Assembly (NCBI GenBank): GCA_016932855.1
Contig: JAFGCB010000029.1
Span: 2,547 to 66,546, forward strand
DNA: 64,000 bases
From: Candidatus Omnitrophota bacterium
GTDB taxonomy: Bacteria; Omnitrophota; Gorgyraeia; Duberdicusellales; Duberdicusellaceae
Direction of reading: 5' to 3'
The notes below the pieces were generated by a model. The model was not told the origin of the DNA. It made no database searches and saw nothing but the letters and a program-made list of their open reading frames with translations. The position numbers and the translations under genes were made by a program. Shown piece by piece: positions 57,223 to 64,000 of the stretch (positions are counted from its first letter, which is position 1; every line of letters starts with the position of its first letter).

Positions 57223-58008
57223 TCAGGCGCGGACTTTATCTTTTCTGGTTGCCAAGACTTCGACGATTTTTTTTCCGTAAGCAATAGATGATTCGACTGA
57301 GGTTCCGGTGACAAAGGGCCAGTCAAAAGCAACTTCCGGGTTATCCCGGTTTGCTCTTGCGTTGGCAATGCACATTCCATTAGGTCCTACTGCGTCTCTT
57401 ACCAGATGTTCTATAGGCCAGAGAAAACCCGGGGTGTGAACGTCGGTGCCCTTGTTATCTTCGGTTGCACCATAAAGAGGGTAAGGAAAATCCCAGTCAG
57501 GGCCGTAAAAATCCCAGGCAGCCGGATGAGCGGTTACTCGTTTTCCCCAGATAATGCTTCTATTGTTGTTTTCGGGGTTACGTAAAAACACAAGCGTTGT
57601 TACCGCGTAGCATAAAGCGCCGATAAGCTTATCGGACTTATAGGCATCCCAGATGAGTTTATGTACATTGTAGTTATTGCACATATCAATCATTGCGCCT
57701 AAGCCGCCGGTGAGAACTATGGCGTCGTAATCAGCCATCTTAGCTTGCTTAAAAGTAAGTGGATTTGCCCATTCATTTCCGTCGGTAAGCTCTTTTATCC
57801 TTTTACAGACTTCAGGCGGGTTAACTTTAAAATTAATAATCGGGTCCACAAAATCCGGGTCAACGCTTACTGCTAAAGGTAAGGGTTTTTTCCCCAAGGG
57901 TGTGGCAAGAGTAACATCGTGACCCGCGGCTTTAATAATATCCCAGGGTGCCTGAAGTTCCTCTCCCCATGTGCCGTAGTTTGTGGCGAGAATTAAAACT
58001 TTTGCCAT
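57223..58008 (-). CDS. DJ-1/PfpI family protein (Hsp31-like)
   Basis: GTWGEEL, DYDAIVLTGGLG, GALCY. Confidence 0.9.
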   Translation of the reverse strand: MAKVLILATNYGTWGEELQAPWDIIKAAGHDVTLATPLGKKPLPLAVSVDPDFVDPIINFKVNPPEVCKRIKELTDGNEWANPLTFKQAKMADYDAIVLTGGLGAMIDMCNNYNVHKLIWDAYKSDKLIGALCYAVTTLVFLRNPENNNRSIIWGKRVTAHPAAWDFYGPDWDFPYPLYGATEDNKGTDVHTPGFLWPIEHLVRDAVGPNGMCIANARANRDNPEVAFDWPFVTGTSVESSIAYGKKIVEVLATRKDKVRA

Positions 58009-58101
58009 AAAACCTCCTTTTAAATTAGTTTTGACAAACGCGATTTTTTCATTTAATGATACTTATCCGGCCCCACCGTATAAGATATACGAATTTCCAT
58101 G

Positions 58102-58884
58102 CTAACCTCGTTGGTTTAACACTTCCACTATCTTTTTGCCAAAGGCAATTGATGATTCAACTGAGTTCCCGGTTATAAAAGGCCAATCAAACTCAACTCT
58201 GGGATTATCACGGGTCGCGCCGGGATCACCAATGCAAAGGCCGCCGGGACCCACTGCATCTCGCGCTATATCTTCTAAGGGATATAAAAATCCCGAATAC
58301 ACAGCGTCGGTACCCTTATTATCGTCTGTGGCACCCCATAATTCCAAAGTCACGTTGTCTTCGAAATCCCAGGCCCGGGGATGACAGGCTATTCTTTTAC
58401 CTTTTATGATGCTGTTATAAGCATCTTTGGGGTCTCGCGTGAAAAGAAGAGCCGCGGTCGAGTAACACAAGGTAGCTATCAATTTATTTGAATAATAGGC
58501 TTGGTAAATAAGCCTCTTGAAATATTTATTGGGAGCCAAATCCATCATCGCGCCTAAACCACCTGTACCTACAATAGCATCGTAATCAGACATTTTAGCG
58601 TCAGCAAGTTTAATCGGATGGGCCCATTCTTCTCCTTGGACTAATTCTTTTGTCCGGTCACAAACAAATTTAGGATTTACCTTAGGATTCGCACCGGGTA
58701 TTTTTTCAAGCATTGGATCGACAAAATCCGGATCAACACTTATTTTTAAGGGTAAAGGTTTTTTGCCTTGAGGAGTAGCAAGAGTCACGTCAAGCTTAGC
58801 CTTTTTTAGTTCATCCCAAGGTCCTTGGAGTTCTTCAGCCCATACGCCAAAATTCGTCGCGCATACTAATACCTTTTTAGCCAT
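58102..58884 (-). CDS. DJ-1/PfpI family protein, paralog of 57223-58008
   Basis: GVWAEEL, DYDAIVGTGGLG, ATLCY; shared DNKGTD and FDWPFxTGxSVESS. Confidence 0.9.
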   Translation of the reverse strand: MAKKVLVCATNFGVWAEELQGPWDELKKAKLDVTLATPQGKKPLPLKISVDPDFVDPMLEKIPGANPKVNPKFVCDRTKELVQGEEWAHPIKLADAKMSDYDAIVGTGGLGAMMDLAPNKYFKRLIYQAYYSNKLIATLCYSTAALLFTRDPKDAYNSIIKGKRIACHPRAWDFEDNVTLELWGATDDNKGTDAVYSGFLYPLEDIARDAVGPGGLCIGDPGATRDNPRVEFDWPFITGNSVESSIAFGKKIVEVLNQRG

Positions 58885-58925
58885 TAGTTACCTCCTTTTA
58901 CCTAAATTTAAAAAATAACGAAATT

Positions 58926-59261
58926 TCACTTATCATCCTTCCAGGGGAAATCGGTTTTAATAGGGCTAAATATATCAATAGCCTCAGTCTGGCCCACTGC
59001 GGTAAATTCATGCGGGACGTCCGGCGGAATAAAATACGCATCCCCTTCTTTAAGCATTTCTTCTCTGTCGCCGATAAGCATTTTAAAACCGCCTTTTATG
59101 ACATAGCCGAATTGTTCCTGAGAATGGGTATGAAGTTTTACCACGCTTCCGTCGGCCATGTCCCAGTGCTGAGCGTTCATTTTCTGGCATTCTCCCAGAT
59201 ACTGGCGGATAACCCCTCCGCCCATATCATGCTTCTTTAATTTTCCTCTAAAAACAAACAT
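58926..59261 (-). CDS. Cupin (KdgF-like)
   Basis: ATG at 59261 after AAGGAGG; HTHSQEQ..GG, PDVPH. Confidence 0.88.
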   Translation of the reverse strand: MFVFRGKLKKHDMGGGVIRQYLGECQKMNAQHWDMADGSVVKLHTHSQEQFGYVIKGGFKMLIGDREEMLKEGDAYFIPPDVPHEFTAVGQTEAIDIFSPIKTDFPWKDDK

Positions 59262-59274
59262 TTCACCTCCTTCA

Positions 59275-59363
59275 ATGAGCTCATAACTTACGCGACCAAA
59301 GGGAGCGTAAGTTATGTGAGCGAATTGAACCCCGTGATAAGCGCAGCGCATTTTACGGGGTCA
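59275..59363 (-). repeat. Two-hairpin element abutting the RBS, copy 2
   Basis: ACCCCGTAAAA..ACGGGGTTCAATTCG-CTCACATAACTTACGC/GCGTAAGTTATGAG-CTCATTGAAGGAGG. Confidence 0.7.
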
Positions 59364-59395
59364 ATGGTGTAAGCGTTATCCTTCTAAGCTGCGTC

Positions 59396-59965
59396 CTATT
59401 TCTTCGCGGCCAGCATCTCAATTATCTTTTTAGCAAACAAATGGCAGTGCCCTCCTGAGCGGGCAGTTACCAGGTCGTCATCGACTACCACGTCTTCATC
59501 TACGTATACCGCGCCCATATTCTTCGCGTCTCCCAAGAGATTGTTATGAACTACTAATTTTCTTCCCTTGATTACTTCGGCAATAGGCGCCATAAGCCAT
59601 AGCCCATGGCAGATAATCCCTTTTATAATATTTTTTTCCCCGAAGGCTCTTTTCATAAGCTCAACTGCCGGGGATATCTTTTTTACATCCTCGGTGTATC
59701 TTAATCGGTCAGCTACTATGCCGGCCGGCACGATTATAGCTGAATAGCTTTTAAGGGTTGCATCGTCGATATTCTCCAAACTTTCGTGACATTCAAAAGG
59801 AATATGATATTCATGTCCTTTAAAGGTTAAAGAGGTTTGGCCCCACATCCGGGTTAAAAAATGCACATCAGCGCCTTCTTCGGCGAATCTAAACTTGTAA
59901 TACCAAATTTCCGGTTCGTAAAAATCAGCTTCCATTAATATGGCGATTTTCTTACCTTTAAGCAT
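59396..59965 (-). CDS. DJ-1/PfpI family protein (PfpI-like)
   Basis: KKIAILM, FYEPE, IICHG, VVVDDDLVTAR. Confidence 0.92.
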   Translation of the reverse strand: MLKGKKIAILMEADFYEPEIWYYKFRFAEEGADVHFLTRMWGQTSLTFKGHEYHIPFECHESLENIDDATLKSYSAIIVPAGIVADRLRYTEDVKKISPAVELMKRAFGEKNIIKGIICHGLWLMAPIAEVIKGRKLVVHNNLLGDAKNMGAVYVDEDVVVDDDLVTARSGGHCHLFAKKIIEMLAAKK

Positions 59966-61122
59966 TATTCCCCCTTCCCTTTGTAGCGCATAGTAAGCAT
60001 GGTAATGTCATCAGACTGGGGTTCATCCTCGGCGAATTCGTGTATTTGCCGGCGGACTTCGGCCACAATATCTTTTAGGTCTTTATCTTTTAAACCCGAC
60101 ATGCAGTTTTTTAAGCGTTCGTCCGAAAAAAGTTGATGTGCCGGATTCATGGCTTCAGTCACCCCGTCAGTATAGATAAATATTGAATCGCCTGGTTCGA
60201 GTTTCAAGCAGCGGCTCTCGAATTTAGCCTCAGGCATAACTCCCACCACGCAGGCACTATGAACATCTAAGTAGTCAAAGTCTTTATTGTTTACTGAAAT
60301 TAAGGGCGGATTATGGCCGCCGTTGGAATAGCAAAGACTGCCGTTTTCAAAATCAAGAACCGCGTAAAAAAGTGTAACAAACATGCAATTGTCATTATCG
60401 GGGAAAAGTATCTTATTTGTCCTAAAGAGGGCTTCGTCAGGGTCGCACCCGGTTAGAGCCTGGGTTTTTAGAACGGCTTTACTTATGGCCATAAAAAGCG
60501 CTGCCGGGACTCCTTTGCCTGAGACGTCGCCTATAAGAAAACCTAATTTATTTTCGCCGATAAGAAAGAAATCGAAGAAATCACCTCCTACTTCCCGGGC
60601 CGGATCCATGGTTGCGAATATTTCAAATTCCTTTCTTTCGGGAAAAGGCGGAAATATCCGGGGAAGCATGCTGGTTTGAATCCGCTGGGCGATTCTCAGT
60701 TCGCTCTTGATGCGTTCCTTGGCTTCTGTCTCCTTCCGCAAGTTTTCGACAAAGCGCTCGAAACTTACATACATCAGATTAAGGACGAGAGCTGTATCCT
60801 TCTGGCATAACCCGACTAGTTCATTCTTGCTTAGGGTATATACCTCTAAATCCTCCGCGCAGACGGCTGAAGCCATCCTCTGTTTAGAAGGAGAAAAAAT
60901 TCCCATCTCGCCTATAACCTGTCCTTTGCCTACCGTTTTATTGATCTCTATTAATTTTATCGAACCTGTGTCTATATAAAACATCTTGTCAGCCTTATCT
61001 CCGGCTTTGAAAAGAGCGTCTCCTTTTTTATAGGTTTCTTTCTTCATGTAAGAAAGAGGCCATTTAAAAGATTCGTATCCTTTTTCCTGATTTTGCTTTT
61101 TTGATTGGGAAGGATTATCCAT
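59965..61122 (-). CDS. cNMP-binding domain + SpoIIE/PP2C phosphatase
   Basis: IGEMGIF..RMASA; EVGGDFFD, GDVSGKG, YTDGVTEA, DDIT. Start at 61122 or 61146. Confidence 0.92.
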   Translation of the reverse strand: MDNPSQSKKQNQEKGYESFKWPLSYMKKETYKKGDALFKAGDKADKMFYIDTGSIKLIEINKTVGKGQVIGEMGIFSPSKQRMASAVCAEDLEVYTLSKNELVGLCQKDTALVLNLMYVSFERFVENLRKETEAKERIKSELRIAQRIQTSMLPRIFPPFPERKEFEIFATMDPAREVGGDFFDFFLIGENKLGFLIGDVSGKGVPAALFMAISKAVLKTQALTGCDPDEALFRTNKILFPDNDNCMFVTLFYAVLDFENGSLCYSNGGHNPPLISVNNKDFDYLDVHSACVVGVMPEAKFESRCLKLEPGDSIFIYTDGVTEAMNPAHQLFSDERLKNCMSGLKDKDLKDIVAEVRRQIHEFAEDEPQSDDITMLTMRYKGKGE

Positions 61123-61147
61123 GGCAATTTCCTTTCTATCTAGCAAC

Positions 61148-62761
61148 TTAAGCGTAAGCTACGCCGTTATAGCGTAAGGCCAGCATGGTAATATCATCGG
61201 ATTGGATAGTTCCCTGGGCAAAAATACTTACCTCATCCCGTATGCCCTTGATCAGTTCTTCTATATTTTTATCCTTAAGAGCTGATACGCAGCTTTTAAG
61301 TTTTTTTTCGGAAAACATTTTGTCTTCGGGATTCATGGCTTCGGTTACTCCGTCGGTGTAAAGAAGAATAGCATCTTGCGGTTTAAGGTCTATAGTTTGA
61401 AGCGTAAATTTAGTATCCGGCATAGCCCCGACTACAAATCCCTTGGCCACATCCAGAAATTCAAATTCGGCCTTGCCGCTATAAAGCATGGGGGGATTGT
61501 GCCCGGCATTAGCATATTCTAGTCTGCCGGTGGAAATATCAAGGGTCGCGCAGAAAACCGTGACAAACATGCAGGTATCATTATCAGGAAAAATAATCTG
61601 GTTAACCCGTGTAAGAATTTCATCGGGCTTAAGGCCCCTTAGGCCTTCGGTTTTAAATAAGGCCTTACTTATAGCCATAAAAAGCGCTGCCGGAATTCCT
61701 TTTCCCGAAACATCCCCGATAAGAAAACAAAGTTTATTTTTATCTACCAGAAAAAAGTCAAAAAGGTCTCCTCCTACTTCCTTTGCCGGTTCCATCATGG
61801 CGTAAATATCAAATTCTTTTCTTTCTGGAAAAGGCGGAAATATCCGGGGCAGAAGACTTGTTTGTATTGTGTTGGCAATTTTAAGCTCGCTTTCGATTCT
61901 TTCCTTTGCTGCGGTAGTGCGTTTAAGTTCTTCAATGTGGTCTTTAAGGTCTTGGGCCATGCTGTTGAAGGAGCGGGCAAGGGTGCCTATTTCATCGCGG
62001 CTTTTGACCTTAACCCGGTAATCTAAATTACCTTCGGCAATATGGCGGGTTCCCTGGGCCAGTTCAGTAATCGGGTTAGTGACACCCTTGGAGATGAAGG
62101 CTGCAACGCTTAAGGAAAGAATAACTCCTAAGACTAATACCAGAATAGCCCGCTGGGTAACTTTTTTTTGTATTGCCTCGACGTCATGGGCAGTCATATC
62201 TATTCCTAATATAGCTATGCTTTTGCCGTTTTTATCGTAAATCGGGGCATAGGCCGACAAAAATGTCCCCCAGGGATCATGGGTAAGTTCTTTATCAACG
62301 CAAGCTTTGTTAAAAGCTTCAAGCATTTCGGGAAAAGCTGAGGCATCGTAGGTATCGCCGGGGAAGGAAGTCGCTGCAGTTTTTTTTGTCATGTCTTCTG
62401 TATCAGGGTCAACAATGAATTTAAGAATCCCTGTTTTTTCGGTTTTGGCTAAAGTATAAATATACTTGAGGTAAGGATTAGTCTTTTTTATTTTCCGTAA
62501 TTTTTCCGCGATTATTTTATACTCAGAGGTTTTGATGCCTTGTTGGTTTAAAGGAACCTCAAGCAGCATATCCGCATCTACCAATAAGCTTGCTGTTTGG
62601 GCGATTATTTTTAGCTTTTCCTGAAGCTGAGAAAATTGAGCTTTCCGGGCGAACTCATAGATGAGAAAATTACTTAAAGCCGCGGAAAAGAGCATTGCAA
62701 GCACCAGGATTATTGTAATTTTTGCCTGGTAGCTGCGCAGTTTTTCAATGATCTTTGTCAT
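61148..62761 (-). CDS. Cache-HAMP-SpoIIE (RsbU-like) sensor phosphatase
   Basis: 2 TMs, DPWGTFLSAYAPI, HAMP DEIGTLARSFNSM, PP2C motifs. Confidence 0.93.
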   Translation of the reverse strand: MTKIIEKLRSYQAKITIILVLAMLFSAALSNFLIYEFARKAQFSQLQEKLKIIAQTASLLVDADMLLEVPLNQQGIKTSEYKIIAEKLRKIKKTNPYLKYIYTLAKTEKTGILKFIVDPDTEDMTKKTAATSFPGDTYDASAFPEMLEAFNKACVDKELTHDPWGTFLSAYAPIYDKNGKSIAILGIDMTAHDVEAIQKKVTQRAILVLVLGVILSLSVAAFISKGVTNPITELAQGTRHIAEGNLDYRVKVKSRDEIGTLARSFNSMAQDLKDHIEELKRTTAAKERIESELKIANTIQTSLLPRIFPPFPERKEFDIYAMMEPAKEVGGDLFDFFLVDKNKLCFLIGDVSGKGIPAALFMAISKALFKTEGLRGLKPDEILTRVNQIIFPDNDTCMFVTVFCATLDISTGRLEYANAGHNPPMLYSGKAEFEFLDVAKGFVVGAMPDTKFTLQTIDLKPQDAILLYTDGVTEAMNPEDKMFSEKKLKSCVSALKDKNIEELIKGIRDEVSIFAQGTIQSDDITMLALRYNGVAYA

Positions 62762-62802
62762 TTTTTAGCTTATTCTAGCGAGCAGTTACGCCGGTATAAT
62801 TA

Positions 62803-63204
62803 TCAATATTTTACAAAAGTGAAAATATTGCTATCGCCGGTTCGGGTATAATTTGTTTCGTCCATGGTATTGCGGACCAAATATATGCCCAGGCCGCCTA
62901 TTTTTCGTTCTTCCAAGGGGGCTTTCGTGTCCGGTTCCGGCAGTTCAAGCGGATTAAAAGCAATTCCCCAGTCGACAATTTTTACTTCCAGGCCCTTGGA
63001 TTCTTTGGTACTGCAGGTTATTTCAAATTTGCCTTTTTTATCGGGATAGGCGTAATTAATGATATTTACCAGCAGTTCTTCGGAGGCAAGCTGGATTTGA
63101 TTTATTTTCTTCTTATCAAAGCCCTGCAGTTGAGCTTGTTGATTTATAAAGTCAACAGCCTTATCAAGATTCTCCAGCTTAGCCTCAAGGGTTAACTTTT
63201 CCAT
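62803..63204 (-). CDS. RsbW-like anti-sigma factor/Ser kinase
   Basis: EELLVNIINYAY, DWGIAFNP, GGLGIYLV. Confidence 0.93.
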   Translation of the reverse strand: MEKLTLEAKLENLDKAVDFINQQAQLQGFDKKKINQIQLASEELLVNIINYAYPDKKGKFEITCSTKESKGLEVKIVDWGIAFNPLELPEPDTKAPLEERKIGGLGIYLVRNTMDETNYTRTGDSNIFTFVKY

Positions 63205-63209
63205 GTCCG

Positions 63210-63530
63210 CTATTCTTCGTAGCTGTCCTGGATAACCATGAAATTATCGAGTCCGCTCATCTTGATAACGTTTAAGACGGTTTCTTGCGCTCCGATCAGG
63301 TATACTTGGGCATTAACCCCTATTTTTTGTTTAGCGAATATAATTACCCTTAGTCCCGCACTGGAGATATAAGTGAGATCTTTTGCGAACAGGACAAGGC
63401 GCGCGACAGTTTGTCCGATTAATTTTTGTAGTTCCGCTTGAAGGCCGGGTGAATTCGTGGCGTCTAATTTGCCGGAAAGTTCTATCTTAGCAATTCCTTC
63501 TTTGAAATTCACCGAACATTTGGACTCCAT
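63210..63530 (-). CDS. STAS anti-sigma factor antagonist
   Basis: GKLDA, YISSAGLRV (phospho-Ser site). Confidence 0.93.
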   Translation of the reverse strand: MESKCSVNFKEGIAKIELSGKLDATNSPGLQAELQKLIGQTVARLVLFAKDLTYISSAGLRVIIFAKQKIGVNAQVYLIGAQETVLNVIKMSGLDNFMVIQDSYEE

Positions 63531-63563
63531 TATTTTTTCTCCTTTCTTTCCTTTGATTTCATC

Positions 63564-64000
63564 TTAGGAGTTTTTTTTGATTTTATTTTGGTAGTTTTTT
63601 CGGGCTTCTGTTTTCTGTGTATCGCTTTGTCTAGCCGCGGGTCTTTTACCGATTAATATGATAACCGAATGGGGTCCCACGAGGAATTCTTTTTGGTTGT
63701 CTAGTTCTTTTTCCTGGCCTACTTTCCAGATGTCTTGTCCGGCCTCAGCGTCGGTATTTACACAAACATACCAGGCGATATCCGTTGGCAGCTGAGGAAG
63801 CTCAAAGCCGTGCATTTCCCAGTGCATATTCATGGCAACATAAATAGGGTTGTCCATTGCCGTGCCGCCTTTGGCGTGCTTTCCGCAAAGCAGAAAAGCA
63901 AGAACCCTGCTGCTTTCGGACCAGTCGGCATACCAGGCTTTGGTTCCGTGCCAGGATATATCAGGATAGCCGCTTCCCATATAGTCTATGTTTTGAAAGT
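63564..64000 (-). CDS. glgX: Glycogen debranching enzyme, C-terminal part (5'-truncated)
   Basis: Frame open to the window edge; PDISWHG..ADWS..SRVLAF, IYVAMNMHWE..FELP, W..VNT typical of the isoamylase C-terminus. Confidence 0.85.
   Translation of the reverse strand, partial: FQNIDYMGSGYPDISWHGTKAWYADWSESSRVLAFLLCGKHAKGGTAMDNPIYVAMNMHWEMHGFELPQLPTDIAWYVCVNTDAEAGQDIWKVGQEKELDNQKEFLVGPHSVIILIGKRPAARQSDTQKTEARKNYQNKIKKNS

Overview
Bacterial chromosomal window, almost entirely minus-strand coded. The gene content (giant secreted protein, secretin/ExeA locus, TPR coiled-coil proteins) resembles Omnitrophota (OP3)/PVC bacteria, which is an inference. The ORF track misses the largest feature: an uninterrupted minus-strand gene from 15102 off the left edge (>5034 aa; signal peptide, Kelch-like propellers, 4 DUF2341, LamG, 13 PNGGE Ig-like repeats, nested domains). 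It ends a co-oriented locus: MerR-like HTH with an operator palindrome, ExeA ATPase, GspC-like protein, secretin, two TPR/coiled-coil proteins, a TM/coiled-coil protein, a c-di-GMP-I riboswitch with terminator, and an HUH/Y1 (RAYT-like) nuclease fused to a TM helix and coiled coil. This riboswitch-controlled, membrane-tethered HUH nuclease beside a secretin and a giant surface protein is the best candidate for an undescribed system. The middle holds a metallophosphoesterase autotransporter, tRNA-Ser(CGA), glgP, mscS, a plus-strand islet with duplicated leaders, a DPS-like ferritin, a ZIP-cNMP fusion and a TpsB/POTRA-FecR-OM barrel-CHASE2 cyclase module. The right end is an operon of glgX (partial), STAS, RsbW, two SpoIIE phosphatases, three DJ-1/PfpI proteins, cupin, tautomerase, ThDP enzyme, VOC, DUF1566, ankyrin, FGE-like protein and MFS. 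Several intergenic foldback elements built from short repeats occur throughout. All calls are by-eye motif recognition; no searches were run.
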